64,000 nt of DNA from Felis catus (GCF_018350175.1 NC_058368.1:104348001-104412000), one strand, 5' to 3'. Shown: positions 35,870 to 50,530, counted from the first letter of the stretch. Notes: generated by a model from the sequence alone, not told the origin. Program-made: numbers and translations.

Positions 35870-38800
35870 TACAAGATCATATCTTGAATTGAAAATTGGA
35901 TAGAAGGGATTATGCAGAGCATGGGCACCTGAGATCATGGTGGGAAGGGCTAAGTTGGTTCTGACCCCACAAGAGTGGATCTAGTCATCTCCCCAGGTGG
36001 AGGAGGAGGAGACTGTCCCCAGTCTCAGTCAAAAGGAAGCACAGAGGCCTAGACCAGGCCTGGGGCAGGAGTGGGCCTGTGTAGGCTGCATGCACCAGTT
36101 GGCATACATATGTTGCACTGGGGGCAGTGACAAATGGCCCACTGCATTTCCCTGTCTCCTTTAGGGCCACCTGGGAAAACAGCAGGCTGTTGCTGTGGAC
36201 GCTGGAAAGAGCTGAGCTGTCGGTTTGCAGCCTAACTGGGCTTCCACTGGTCTTTCTGCAAAATTTCAAGCACCAATTCGACCGCTTTCTTATCAACACT
36301 GCTGCTCTTGTGGGAACATGTCTTCCTGGTTCAGCCAAGAATTCTGCTGTCTGGGATTGTTCAGGACAAAACCACAGTGCCCGTGGGGGGTGGTGTGTCT
36401 GTGTAAACTTGAACATCAGATTGCACTGGTAGGGCAGGTCCTTTGTTGGCCAGGCTTGACACCTTGTATTCTTTCTTTCTCAGGCTGTGAATAGAACATG
36501 ATTTGGCATCGGCCAAATCCATCTGCACAGAGTGAAAAGGAAGGCGCTAGGTGCAGGAGAGGGAGCCGGCAAAAGAGGAGGGAGTGGCTAAATGAATGAA
36601 AGCCTGATGAGACCATTGTGAAGATTAAAAAGGCCTGTTTGTTAAACTGTGACCCCTTTAAAGGACAGTACAGGTTTTACCAAAGCAAGAACCCAGCCGG
36701 GCTACGGCTAATTGCTGCCATGTTTCTGAACGGTCTGCCTTTGGTCAGTGATTTCCATGGGAACATGGCTGGCACCACGAGGATGCGGCCGGAGGACGTG
36801 GGGGAGGGGAAGGCAGGGGCCCTCTGTTCACCTCCTCAGCCCCCCTGGCCCCCGCAGTCCCTGAAACCTCCCTGAGGATCACAGAGTTCCGGGAGGAAGC
36901 TCTGTTCTCGGAGGCAGGGCACCCACGCCTGCACCTTGGCTCATTGCTCACCTGGCTAAATCACATAGCCTCTCAGCCTTTGCTGAGATCTCTTGCGTAT
37001 TTGGAATAAAGGCACTAATATTCCTGAGCCACTTGATCGGGTTGTTTGTGAGGCCTAAAATAACACATGTGAACACGCTCCATAAACTGGGATGAGCCGC
37101 GTGCAGGGGACTATTGCCACGTTAACCTTAATTCCTGCTCTTTTTTCTAGGCTGAGTTGCATCTTGTTTCTCCCTTTGAAAACTCCCTTCCCCCGTGGCT
37201 GGTCAGTTTCCACCATGCTGTACCTCTGGATCATGCTTGAGCTCTGACGTTGTACTGCTCCGTCTCTCTTGGTGGGGGAGCACGAAGGGACCCTCTTCCC
37301 TGAACATCTATTTCTCTTCCTCAGCCCTGTCTCCTTCAGATCCCTGCACACAGGTTGTCACTTGTCCATGATGAATGTTTAGTGAAGGTATGTATTATGT
37401 TTGAGAGATTTGGGTTTATTTGTTACAGCAGCTGCCATTATCTTAGCTTATCTAGTATGTGATAAATATACTAGGAAATAAAATGCAAGCCACGCCCCCA
37501 AGTGCCTGCTTCTATCAGAACCGTATTTTCAGCGGCAACTCAACTTGAATCTTTTAGTTGTAGGACAAGATGTCTGGGGGAGGAATCTGTTATGTTGGCA
37601 CCTCTGTTTGGGTGTACAAGTTATCATGGGGTTTAAAGGTGAAAATAAGAGCATAAGAGTATGTGTGTTAGCTGGCACTAACCTGGTCAGGAAGGCTGCC
37701 TGGGCAGTGGACTAAGCAGGCCCAAGCCTGGAGAGGCAATCTGTGGCAAGAATGGACCTCCAAATTCGATGCTAGTAATTCCTGAGATTTTTAAGAAGCA
37801 CGCTCCTCAGGTCTCAATATGTTCTAGAAGGGTGCCCTGTCACTCTCACAACCAGAGTCGGTCCACAAAGCAAATCCAAGAAGCGAATGTATTCATTCTT
37901 TTGTCCGCTCAAAGAAATATTTTCTGAGAGATGACTAGGTACTCCTTCGAAGTTGCTGATGGTGTAGTGTCCAGACCTTTCAAGCCAGGCTTTGCATTTC
38001 TTGAGGAATGTTTCCCAGACCCTCTTCGGGGCTGCAGAGCCATGAGGGCAAGGCATCTTTCCACTAGCAATCATGCCTTTGCTTACTCGGGGGAAACTGC
38101 CCTAAATTTGTGGGGGGCTGGAGGATGGAAATGCACAACTGAGGAATGGCTCGATGGCTTTCTGCTCCCACAGAACTGCACATCATTCACCCTGGTCCAG
38201 GATTCAGAAGGTGGACCTCCGTTTTACATGATACTTGCCTCAGGAAGTATCTCTAAAACGTCCCTTCGCCTTCCTAGAGGGGCTGCATACTCAGGGGGGC
38301 AAGGCCTCCAATGATGAGACCAATGAGCGGGCAGGACAAGTCAGTTGGTGATTGAAATGAAAAAAAAAAAAAAAGGCAATAAAGGCTGTCCAGGAACTTC
38401 CCCCTCTGAGGGAGACTTTTAGACTCTGAATTCTAAGAACAGTCTCTGAGAATAAGAATGCTCTTTGATAGAACATTTCCCTGGCTTTTGAGGCACGTTA
38501 TAACCAGGCAGTGCCCTGCATGCCTGATGAACTGACTTGGGAGTATCTGGAATGTTCAGACAAAATGAAGGCAGGCGGGAAATCACACACTGACCTTCCT
38601 TTCCAATGAAAATGGAGCAAATGACTAATTTCAAAACCATTAACATGTAAAAGCGGCATATTTCTTCTGAGGACAGGGCACAAAGGCTCTCTAAGGAGAT
38701 TGCTGGGACATGATTACCAGCAACATTCAAGTTTTCAAAAACATGCCAAGGAGGCTATTCACTAAGAGTGGGTAGCGGTAAAGTAGCTGCTTCATTAAAC

Positions 38801-39363
38801 TGAAATAGCCTCGGCAGGGCTGTGCTTACAGACCCACGCTACCAAATTATACGTTTCTTTTCTGGATGCTTCACTGACCTCATTATGTGGAGCGGAGGGT
38901 TTGTCATTCCAAATAAAGTGACCGTCCAAGTCTTTACAAACATGTCCGTCAGGCGCCTCATGAGACTGCGCACTGCCACACTGCCTGGCCCAGTGGGTTA
39001 GAAAACAGAAAAGCAAAAAACAAAAACAAAAACAAAAAACTTGCCTTTTTGTTTTCTCATTATGCTCCGCTTACGTGCGCACTGTCACACTTGCATAGCA
39101 GAGTAAGCAGGCGAAATGCCGGTTTCCGAGCATTAAGGAGGTTTTGATGTGGGGGTAAACACCGGTGATGAATCAGGCGGGGGGAAAAAAAAATCCAGAC
39201 TAGCATGAAGGCAAGTTGGATCCAGAGAGTTCCAATCACACAGTGTCTTTTTGAAAGTGACACACGGAGTTATTTATCCCTTCCCTGTTATTAGTTTTGA
39301 TTCTCCATCCATGTTGTTATTTTTGACTTTCAGCCACAAGAAGCACCAGGAGTATCAGGCTAA

Positions 39364-39397
<34 letters not shown>

Positions 39398-41544
39398 CAT
39401 TTAAAATTACTAATTTTCTCTTCAGGCAGGTAAAATCCTCTCGTTCTGCTGAAGGCAAATCAAGTAACAATTATAGTGTTTATACATATTTTTTCCCCCT
39501 CAAGAAGTACTCATAAAATTAATTCGGATTTTGGAGGCTATCCATTTTTTCATTTAATTTTAATTATATAGATGAAAATGGCAATTAAAAATCCCACAAC
39601 TGCCTTGTGTGTTCAAAGACACAGCGGCAGCTGAGTCACACTTGCAAGTGACAACAGGACCCGGGACACAGACCCCTGCTTCCCAAGGTGGGGGGTGGGC
39701 GTGGGGCAGGGCTCTCTGATGAGTTCTGGGGACCGGGGAGCAATCAGGACACATCAGAAATGTTTAAGTGACAAGTTGAAAAACCACAGAGGGGAGCAGG
39801 CAAAAGAGAGTAAGACATTCCGGGACATCGCAGGGAGATGAAAAAGAAAAGCGTATTCTTCAAATGACATTCAGCATGCCTAGCACCCGACAGCTGCCTG
39901 TCTAGCCTAAGGAAAAGTGTGGAGGGTACAACATGCTAACCAGGATATCTGGTGATACAGGGGGTAAATGTTTCAGCTCCAAAGGAGGGCAGAATAAACC
40001 CTAAGAACCAGAAGTCCCCGGTCTGTCGCTTCACTCATATTCATTTTCTACCAGCATCCAGGTGAATGCCCACCATAAAGGAAGTTGTACCTCACTCACC
40101 TTTTCTGTGCAAATAGCCCTGTGCCCGGTGTGTAGGTGTGCCTAACCTCAGCCTCCCACCCCTGAGAATAAAGCCAGCTGTTAGCATATTTTCAGCCCAG
40201 GTGCCTTGGGGCTTTCCCCGTCTGCATTTCACCAAGACCATGGGGAGGCTGCACTCTTGCCTTCTCCCAGGCTCATGTCCAAGCTCTACATTCTGCCAGG
40301 TTCTGGGGGCCCAGGCCTCACTTCAGGCCCTTGAGGTCCCAAGAGACTTGGCTCCATTACCCTTGGCTTCGGCGCAAGGTTGACTTAAGTGACTCAGCTT
40401 GGTGAGGAGTATTAAGGCAAGCACAGAGTAAAGATGAAAACTCTTTGGATCTCGCTTTTCAGCCCTGTCTTTGGCATTACAGAGGGACTCCCTATCGTGT
40501 GCTTCATGACATTAAAAGCCTCCCAAATTCCACATGTGCTCATTATCTCACATGTGCTCTAGAGACGTGCCATAGTCTCTGGGTGTCTTTGCGTTGCTTT
40601 TGTACATATTTGGCTTTGGGGTCAGGAGCACTCTGGGATGGTGGGGGGAAGGGGACAGAGCCCTGGCTTATAACTGCCACCCAGCGCTTATGAATGGACG
40701 AGACTTACCCAGAGCTAAGCCTCATTTTCCTCCCTGACAATGAGGACCTGGGATAGGTGTGTGCCTGGCATGTGGAAGGCACTTGGTAACAGACAGTACT
40801 TAAGATTGTAGTGCAGCGGGGTCAGCTGACAATAGCTGGGGGCCAGGGAGGGTGTGAGGGGTTCCTTCCAGATCCCTTGCCTGGCCCATCCCCTCTACAA
40901 GCCCTCCTTGCTACCCTCGCATCTGCCCAAGCAAACGTCTCACGGAAGCACAACCGCTGACATCTGCTTTGACAGTCTTGTGTAAATATAGCTAAAAAGC
41001 ACAAAAACATCCCCCTGGAATGACTCTTCTTGGCCCTTCGACTCTGTTCCCTGCCTCTCCGCGACACACACTCACACACATACGCATACATGCAGAGACA
41101 AGCCATAGCTTCTTTTTTGGTGCTTCCTGAAAATAAACGGGTCTAGTCTTTTAAATCAAGGTGCAAACAAGCACACGAAAACGCACCACATAGCCAACAA
41201 CTGAGTTATCCGTGATCACTTGATCACTTAATCTCTTCACAGGGTCTTCTGGATTCTTGTTCTTCACCCGAATGAGGCCTCTTTCTTCCTTCCTACCTAC
41301 CTCGATGCAAAGCATTCAATGAACTCCTTCAAAGGAATCTGAGGAGTCACTTTGTCCTCGTGGGAGCACATGCCCCCTTCTGGCCTTTGCTCCTTTTGCT
41401 GCCTGGCCCAGCTTACCCTGCGTCTTGACATCAATCCCTGCATCTGACACAGCCCCCATCCGCTGGAGTATCGGCTTCATCTGGGCTTTTTCGGTGTGAG
41501 GACCAGCCAGCGCTGTCCCCAAGCCTCCCGTGCAGGTGAGTATG

Positions 41545-41767
41545 TTATTTTTTCCTTTTAAGTTTATTTTTAAAATTTACTTTGAGAAAGAGAGACAGAA
41601 AGAGAGACAGGCAGAGAGGAGGACAGAATTCCAAGCTGGCTCTGTGCTGTCAGCGCAGAGCCCGACGTGGGGCTAGAGCTCACAAACTATGAGATCATGA
41701 CCTGAGCTGAGCTGAAGAGTCAGCCGACTCAACCGACGCTCAACCGACTGAGCCACTTGGGTGCCCC
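41545..41767 (-). mobile_element. CAN-SINE with a small internal duplication in the head
   Basis: ccgactcaaccgacgctcaaccgactgag; TSD tgagtat. Confidence 0.9.
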
Positions 41768-42562
41768 AGCCGTTGAGTATTTTTAAAGCCTGTTAGAAAT
41801 ATCGCAGCACATCACGTACATGGAGGACTGTTTTTACCAGAACATCCCGTTAGGCCCCGTGGCCGCTTAGAAAGAAGGTCCTGAATCAAATATCTGGTCT
41901 GTTCATTTCTTTGTATATCCAGCCCCGCCAAAAAGAAGGGGTGAGTTTCCTTAACCTGATCCAGCCTGTTTGACAGAAACAAAACAACTTTATACTGACG
42001 CTGAATTGAATTCTCATCCAAGATAAAACAGTCACATATTATACAGAGGTCTGTCTATCTTTACTTTTAAATTTTCATCTGATGGGTTTTCCTTCAGAAC
42101 ACACAAAAGAAATTACACTATTAATAGCAATAGTGTGAATATATTTTTCTATTTTCATAGCACTATTCATTTGCCATTCTCTAAGTGCTTAATAAATACA
42201 GTGGGTCTTTACTGCCTTCCAGGGTGAAAATAACAGTTATGCCCCCACGGAGCTCATTCATTTGCTTTATGGGCGAAAAAATCTCTAGTGTGTCACAAAT
42301 TAACAAAATGTTCCTGAGGACTGTGTTTTATTCTTGAATCTCCAATTTCACTAATAAATGTGAAAAACACATGTAGCCAGATAAGCCCCTGGAGACCAAC
42401 CACTGCGGATGCTGCAGAAAGCAAGTTATTCCAGCTAAGATCAGCATTCACTTTTCCACCAGAGACTATTTGTTACCCAAATTCCCCTCCAATTGCTTGA
42501 TGTAAGGCAATGGAATTGGTTTGCAGTGACTACCCCCAAAAGCTAACAAAACAAGTTTTTCT

Positions 42563-42779
42563 TTTAAATTTTTTTTTCAACGTTTATTTATTTTTGGGAC
42601 ACAGAGACAGAGCATGAACGGGGGAGGGGCAGAGAGAGAGGGAGACACAGAATCGGAAACAGGCTCCAGGCTCCGAGCCATCAGCCCAGAGCCTGACGCG
42701 GGGCTCGAACTCCCGGACCGCGAGATCGTGACCTGGCTGAAGTCGGACGCCTAACCGACTGCGCCACCCAGGCGCCCCC
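42563..42779 (-). mobile_element. Young SINEC_Fc
   Basis: CpG-rich; TSD caagtttttctttt. Confidence 0.95.
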
Positions 42780-42919
42780 AAGTTTTTCTTTTAAAAAAGG
42801 ATACCTTCAAAAAATAATTTTTTTTTTTTTTTTTTTTTTTAATCATCAGATAATGACCTTTTTCTAGTCACGGCCCCAGTGGATCCACACACTCCCGCCT
42901 CTGAGAGAGATCAGTTATT

Positions 42920-43870
42920 CTTCTCCTTAATATTTTCAGCATGCAAACTTTTAAGCAGAGAGAATACTAAGTAAACTGACGTAGATATACTCCCATCATG
43001 CCAATTTAACAACGAATCAAAATTTTGCCACACTTGTTTCTCCTCCCCTCCTTTTCTTCTTTCCTGTGAAGGTTATTGTAATGTTTTTTTATTTTGAAAG
43101 AGCGTGTGTGCATGCGTGTGCACGACTGGGGGGAGGGGCAGAGAGAGAGAGAGAGGGAGAGAGAATCCCAAGCAGGTTCCGTGCTGATATTGGCGTTCGA
43201 TCCCACCAACTGTGAGATCATGACCTAAGCGGAAATCAAGAGTAGGATGCTCAACCGACTGAGCCACCCAGGCACCCCAGTATGCAACATTTAGATGTCT
43301 ATTTAGGTACCTCTTACTTGCCACCTCCTTTTCTTCTCCCTGTCACTATCTTGCTGAAGAAAGCCACATTCAAAATTGGCTTTCTTGCGGTATCATTTAA
43401 TTTGTTCCTCTATCCCCTATGTTTTCTGTAAACGTGTAAGTGGCCTTGATAGAGTTCAACTCTTAGGCAACAATAGCTCATAGGTGACACTGTATACTTC
43501 TCATTGTATCACATCAGGAGACACCTAATGGGTGTCCCATTTTTAATGGGTTCAAGTGATGGCGGATGATTCCCTCATCCTTCCCCATCAATATTCTAAT
43601 GGTCTAATGATTGCATCCATGGATGATAGTCGCTTGAAGCCATTATTTTATTTGGGGGCCACAAAATTAAGCCTTCCCAAGTGGAACTTCCCTTCACCTT
43701 TAGTAGCAAGAATTCTGGAAACAACTTTCCTTCATCAACTAGTGCAATCTGGTTATGCTGAAGTCCGATTTGCATAGAAAACGCATGATCGCTGTTTAAT
43801 TCTTTCCTTTGATTGTCAATTTTCAGAGTAAGGAATCTGTGCCTTAGTTACATGGTACAGTAACTGAGTT
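42920..43870 (-). mobile_element. Old L1M fragment(s) surrounding a SINE
   Basis: Degenerate L1MC/ME-like 3'UTR motifs (ttttgccacacttg, cattgtatcacatcaggagacac). Confidence 0.45.
43084..43278 (-). mobile_element. CAN-SINE
   Basis: Typical head and (GA)n tract. Confidence 0.9.
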
Positions 43871-44102
43871 GTTTTGTTATCGTGTGTATTATTCTTGAAG
43901 GTCCACCTGTTTTTACTGAAATTAAGGAAAAAAACAAGTCAGGCCACCTCACCATAACTAGCCCTCCTTCTCATATTGAGAACTGGACTTGTGGTTTAAA
44001 TGGACACAAAATAAGTCAAGGGCCTGGTCTCTGCCGCTGAGTGCTCTCAGTAAGAAGGCCAAGCACTGGTTCTCTCACCTGCTCTGGTGTCTGACTTTGT
44101 CT

Positions 44103-44312
44103 TTTTTTTTAATGTTTATTTTTGAGAGAGAGAGAGACAGAGCACAAGCAGGGGAGGGCCAGAGAGAGAAGGAGACACAGAATCCTGAAACAGGCTCCAG
44201 GCTCTGAGTGGTCAGCACAGAGCCCCACGTGGGGCTTGAACCCACGAACCGTGAGATCATGACCTGAGCTGAAGGTGGATGCTTCACCAAGACTGAGCCA
44301 CCCAGGCGCCCC
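44103..44312 (-). mobile_element. SINEC_Fc-type SINE
   Basis: Perfect TSD ggtgtctgactttgtctt. Confidence 0.95.
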
Positions 44313-44352
44313 GGTGTCTGACTTTGTCTTGATGGTTGATGTAGTTTTTCCT

Positions 44353-44572
44353 TTTTTTAAATTTTTTTTTCAAGTTTATTTATTTTTGGGACAGAGAGAG
44401 ACAGAGCATGAACGGGGCAGGGGCAGAGAGAGAGGGAGACACAGAATCGGAAACAGGCTCCAGGCTCCGAGCCGTCAGCCCAGAGCCTGATGCGGGGCTC
44501 GAACTCACGGACCACGAGATCGTGACCTGGCTGAAGTCGGATGCTTAACCGACTGTGCCACCCAGGCACCCC
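44353..44572 (-). mobile_element. Young SINEC_Fc
   Basis: TSD gatgtagt(t/c)tttcctt. Confidence 0.95.
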
Positions 44573-46908
44573 AAGATGTAGTCTTTCCTTAAGCCGAACT
44601 TCCCTCATAGACAGAGGCCTTCTGCGTTGACTAATCTCCTGGGAAAATGAAAACAAATCTAAAAGATCGCCTCTTTTGCTTACTGCGACACAGACCACTT
44701 GGTGTCACTTGCCCCTGTAGACTTCCGCCATCATATTATTTACTGGATGCATCTGAAGGAAGCAGACTGGCAGAACCACATGGCTTCAGACTGACTAGCT
44801 GAGGTCACTGGGCCTGTATCAGTTGGACCTTGTCTGTGACTCATCAGGAAGCCATTCTCACCCAATGAAGCCTGCAGGTGCCATCTGGCTTGGCCACACC
44901 CTGCTCCGGGGTTGCGGTAATAACACAGTAACGTGCTGGGCAAGCTTCCACTGGGGGAAAAATACGCACTGTGGGTGAAATCTGCCCATGTAATGAGAAA
45001 CAGCTCCCCTTTTCTCTTCTCACTAATAAGGGTGAAAACATTTAGGCCATTCATGGGTATTCCCCAAAGAGGCATTTATAAGTCTTCTTTAACAATGGCT
45101 GATGAGTGTCTCCGAGACTGACAGGAATCCAGGGTCTTTTTGGCTCTCTAAGAGCAGAGACATTTTCTGCCCATTACTGCCTTGTTTTACTGACAGGCAC
45201 CTGTCAGTTAGACATTAAAACAGAGTGATAATGGGGAGATAATATGCTGGCTCTGTCCACACACTCCAAGAGGGAAGCACTCAAGAAAAATGTGTATTTT
45301 GGGAAACCTAGATGCTCATGTGCCCATCTGCATTTCTATTTAGTTTGAAATTGAGTGCAGAATAATAAAGCAGTGAGAAGAGGGATAACAGGGAGACCCG
45401 GATCAGAAGAGCTTCCCAAGTGGCCCTGCAGATGCCAGTGTGGGTGTCCTGCTCTAAGCAGGGGGAATGGCTTAGGAAATGCATGCCAGAGAGGAGGAGC
45501 AGGACAGACGCTCCCCCCCCTCCCCTCCCCGCCCCCGGTGGGCTTCACTGGAACTCCCTGAGAGCTGCTGAACCAAGGAACTGGCAGAAAAATATCTTCC
45601 AGGACTTTGTAAATGGAGGACTTTCACACATTCTGCAAAAGTGCAAATACCCTCTTTTGAGAGAGAGGTGAAAAAGGAAGTGCACACTATAAATAAACTA
45701 ATAAAAGCAATTCGATTCCTTCTGAGAATCTTTCTAGTAAATAGTTCTCTGTCAGAAAGTAATATTGTTACTCAGATATTTGGACCTCCGGTAGTATCTT
45801 CGGGTCCTGACTTCTTGGCTAATGCGTATCTTCTAGTACACACACACACACACACACACACAGACAGGTCCCATATAATACCCTCTTTATTTTCTTCAAT
45901 CCAATAAAACGTCAATGTATTCAGTTAATGATTATAATATAATGCCATCTTAATGCTAACTAGTCACCATAAAATCTTACCATCGTGGACTTTAGCCATG
46001 GAGCCCGGGGACTACTGAAGTGTAATCCCCACTGCAAAGTTGTCCTATGAGCACAACAGGAGGACAGCAGGTGCCGTCACATCCAGTGGCAATGGTCAAC
46101 TTGACTAGCATAGATGCCAGAAATCACTCGCCTCCCCGCTAAAAAGTGTTGGAATTTTCTTTCTAAAATGCCAAGTGGGAGAAAGCTCTCTCTGCAAAGC
46201 TCTCTCTGCTGCAGTGAGTCAGCATGTGGGATTTGGAGTTGAACACTGTTGGTTTGAATCCTGGCTCTTCCGTCTACCAGTTATGACTCCTCAAGCTGGG
46301 GATAAAATGGTGCCCATTTCATATTGGAGAATGAAATGAAACAATGTATCTAAAGTACACAGCAAACACTGCTGGCTGCAATGATTGGGCCAGGGCCACG
46401 GCAACCGCACAGGTCTCCAGGGCACACTGTCGCTTTCAGTATTTCTGTTCAAGCCAAGAGACATTTATTACAGTACTGACACTAATAGGGGAGGCAACAA
46501 AATGCTTTGACAGGCAGAGTGGGGAAGCAAAAGACAAAAACAAAAACAACTCGCGAGCTTAGGAATCAGGCACACGGTTTTGAATACTGGCTCTTGCCAC
46601 CAGTTACCAGGGCTCGGTTTTGGATAAGTGACTTGACTTCCCTGCACATCAACTTGCCCATCTGTGAAAAAGAGAAAGTGACTTCCTTACGGAGTGGTCG
46701 TGCCCTCAGCTGACAGGGTATGTAAAGTGCCTTGCCCATTGTGTGTCCACTCAGCAGTCTCTGTCATTATTATTAGAAAACTACATGAAGCTCTGGGGAG
46801 GGACAGAGGTGGGCCTGATGCATCTTGTCAGTGGGTGGTGTGACCCTGGGGATCCTGGGCTGGGGCAGATGGACCAGAACGTGCCAGGGGAACAGCGGGT
46901 TGAGACAG

Positions 46909-46909
<1 letters not shown>

Positions 46910-46948
<39 letters not shown>
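46910..46948. repeat. (CA)n microsatellite (others at about 1504-1527, 26583-26614, 45838-45862)
   Basis: Direct inspection. Confidence 0.95.
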
Positions 46949-46951
<3 letters not shown>

Positions 46952-48234
46952 GCATCCTAGGAATCTAAAAGAAATTACGTATTAGAAGGCGAGGTGTGTA
47001 GAAAGTATTACCTTAAAACATAGCATCAATCCAATACAGAATATAAAACTGTCTCCCTTTGTTTCTGCTGGCAGGCAAATCTGAGGCTCTGGGGAGCCAG
47101 ATGGGCCACGATTACTCTTGGAACCTTCCCTTTATCTTCCATGGGTTTGCCCAAGAGCCAGGTACCATTGTGGCCCCAGATGAGGTAGCTACCCTGAAGC
47201 ATTTAAGATGGACACAGAGGAATGAATGGTCCTGCTCTTTGCTGGGGAGGGCATGTCTTTGGACTTTCCTAACAACAGAGGAGACAATTAAACGGAGTCT
47301 GTCATTTCATTTCCATCCGTTGATGTCAACACTCGTAAAACCAGGCCCTCACTTATCTTGTTTACACAGTGCTCAGCACTGGGCCCACTTAGATGTTTAC
47401 TAGGTACATGAGAGAAATACATGTTCTCTCAGTAAAGGAGGGATATGCAGAAAGGGAAATGTCCGACTTTTTGGATATCGGGTTGTAAGGATCTGGACAC
47501 TTGAAAGAGGTTGAATATACCGTATCATGCTTTTTATTAAGTTCTCCTTTCAAGGTGACATAAAATACGTGTCCTGTTTGCCAGGGGAGAAAATGCAACC
47601 AAAGCTAATCCATGATGACGGTGTGTATGTATGCAAATGAGGCATGCTGATTTCTCTAGCTTGGTCTATTCATAAACTGGACTGATTGCTTAGATTTACA
47701 ACCGATGATCACTATGGTAAATTCAATAACAGAATTTTCTGCTCTAAATGTAGCATTCTCTTCAGTATCTTTTTACAGCCCTTAAGTGGTTTTTGATGTA
47801 CACGAAACTAAAAGCTTGGAGAATTAAAAATTACACAAATAATGAAGATGAGTTCCTAGGTGAATTAGCCATTACTGTGGAGGTTTTTGGATAGTTTCAT
47901 TAAAAAGAGTAAAAAGGCCATCTAAAGATACTTGTGTATCTACAAATGATTGTAAAGTCATTGTCTTTATTTCTTTCCAACTCCCATAAGCCTCTTTTAT
48001 TAGTTTCAAGGAATAAAACTCCAATCTGCTTCAGTAAACTGCATTATTTTTTAAACTACAAAACATACGTGGTTTCTTTACATGAGCAATCTTCTTTAAT
48101 GGCAATGCAGCCATTGGGAAGACCACACTAAAACGTATAGTTTATAGATCTTCCCTCTACCTTCTAGCTCTTCTCTACCTTCTTCTTCTTCTTTTTAAAA
48201 ACAATATTATTAAGATCTAATGCTTTAAAGTTTT

Positions 48235-48778
48235 TTTAAATTTTAATTAAAAAAAATTAACTCCAGTTAACATACAGTGTTGTATTAATTTCAGGTGTAC
48301 AATGTAGTGACTCAACAATTCTCTACATGACTCCATTCTCATCATGGTAAGTGTACCCTTAACCCCCTTCGCTTATTTCACCCATTCCCCCACCTCCCCC
48401 GCCCCTGCCACCTGCCCTCTGGTAACCATCAGTTCTCTAGTTAAGAGTCTGTTTTTTGGTTAGTCTCTTTTTTTTATTTATTTTTTTAAGTTTATTTATT
48501 TAATTTTGAGAGAGAGGGAGAGAGAGAGAGGGAGACAGAGAATCCCAAGCAGGCTCCATGCAGAGCCTGATATTGGGCCCGACCCCATGAACTGTGAGAT
48601 CATGACCTGAGCCAAAATCAAGAGCCAGTTGCTTAACTGACTGGACTATCCAGGAGCCCCTTGTTTGTTTTGTTTCTTAAATTCCACATATGAGTGAAAT
48701 CAGATGGTATTTGTCTTTCTCTGAGTGACTTATTTTGCTTAGCATTATATTCTCTAGATCTGTCCATGTTGTTGCAAA
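48235..48778 (-). mobile_element. Carnivore L1 3' end fragment with an inserted SINE
   Basis: gttaacatacagtgttgtattaatttcaggtgtac...attccacatatgagtgaaatc...tccatgttgttgcaa L1 3' motifs. Confidence 0.85.
48468..48660 (-). mobile_element. CAN-SINE inside an L1 fragment
   Basis: Typical structure, interrupts the L1 3'UTR. Confidence 0.88.
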
Positions 48779-48975
48779 AAGACCCAATACTTTTTAACAA
48801 GTGCCTGGCACATAATGAGCTCTTAAAAATATCTGCTGACTCAGTGAATGAATAAATGAATTCACTATCTTAATATCAAATTCTGGATCCAAGTTTAAAG
48901 TCATGCAACAAAGGGCTGAAACAGTTAGTTCTTTTACTTAGAAGTACAATCCTTTCTATCTGACTTCTTTAAGTG

Positions 48976-49105
48976 TTTTTTTTTTTCTTTTTGGGGGAGA
49001 GAGGTGCAGAGTCCAACGTGGGGCTCGATCTCATGACCCTGGGATCACGACCGGAGTCCAAATCAAGAGTCGGACACTTAACTGACTGAGCCACCCAGGT
49101 GCCCC
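48976..49105 (-). mobile_element. Short CAN-SINE
   Basis: Head ...actgagccacccaggtgcccc. Confidence 0.85.
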
Positions 49106-49989
49106 TAACTTCTAGGCAGTCCAGTATCCCCTCTGCTATTTAATGGTTGCCAACATTTTATTTTTTTCCATGAATCTTGAATAATCCTTTTATGTGTGTG
49201 GAGTTTTTTTGTTTTTTTTTTTTTAATTGAAGGAGAATCCTGAATAATCATTTTGTTCATGACCAGACTTGGAATCAGGTGCTCGTTGGTACAGGTCATT
49301 AATAGGCGGACTATGAATTTGAACTCTTAACCTAAACATGGCTTGCAAGTATCTCTAAAATAAAGAATCTCTAATTTCCCTTCCTATTCCCTCCTATGCA
49401 CATAGTCTCCTTAAGCTGACATGGCGTGTGTTGTTTAAAAAATCAAAGAATGAATGAATACATGAATAAATGACTAAGTAGATGAAGATACAAAATACTT
49501 CGGAGGTAAAGCAGTTCCCATTTTCCCGTCAATTCAGAACCCTTTGAAAGTGCACAAAAGGAGGATCTGTGGCTCGAAGATCTACCGAGACTTAGGTTCC
49601 TGATCTGTGGCTTGAGTAGAAGCATGGTGGAAGCTGGATCTCTGTGGGACCCTGACTCGGAAGTCATGGATAGATTATTTTTCCCATGGTTGATAAAATG
49701 GCTGGCTATAGTTGAAATGGTACTATTACTTCCGTATTCAGGTGACTGAGCTCTTATGAGCTGGTGCTGGAATCTAACCATCATATGACCAGGTTTCTAT
49801 TTGTCACAAGATACCATGTGCACAAGTTGAGGAAGCCTGTCCCTTCTGTTTCTGAATGATACGAAGTAACAAAACCACTAGAAATAGCTATTGTTGTAAA
49901 GAAAAAAAAAAAAGAGGTTGCTATTTCAGAGTCACCTGTAGGGAATGGTAGGGATAGGTAGGCAGGCCACGGAGGCACAGGATTGAGGG

Positions 49990-50530
49990 TGTAATGGTTA
50001 ATTTTATGTGTCAATTTGACTGGGCCACAGGGTGCCCAGATCTTGGGTCAAATATTATTCTGGGTGTTCCTGTGAGGGATATTTTTGGATGAGTTTCACA
50101 TTTAAATCCATAGACTGAGTAAAGCAGATTGCTCTCCCTCATGTGGGTGGGTCTCATCCAATAAGGTGAAGACCTGAGTAAAACAAAAGGCTGAGTCTCC
50201 CTTGAATGAGAGGGAGTTCCTCCTGCCTGACTGCCTTTGCACCGGGATGTGCTTTTTCCTGCCTTCAGATTCTCACTGAAACACTGGCTTTCCCTGGGTC
50301 TCAAATCTGCCGGCCTATGACCTAGAATTTACATCATTGGCCCTTCTGGGTCTCCAGCTTGCCTGTTAACCCTGCAGATCTTGAAACCTGTCAGCCCCCA
50401 TAATCACATGAGTTAATTCCTTATAATAAATCTCTTTTTATCTGTCTATCTATCAGCTATCATCATCATCATCAATCTATCATCTCCTATTCTGTTGGTT
50501 ATGCTTCTTTGAAGAACACTGATTAATACA
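49990..50530 (+). mobile_element. Solo LTR, MLT2 family (ERVL)
   Basis: TGtaatggttaattttatgtgtcaatttgactgggccacagggtgcccaga start, (TCTA/TCA)n internal tract, ends gaagaacactgattaataCA. Confidence 0.88.

Noticed and set aside
38085..38125. Resemblance to the U1 snRNA 3' end and Sm site (gggaaact...aatttgtgg)
   Set aside because: Match is short and gapped, with no other U1 sequence, A-tail or TSD.
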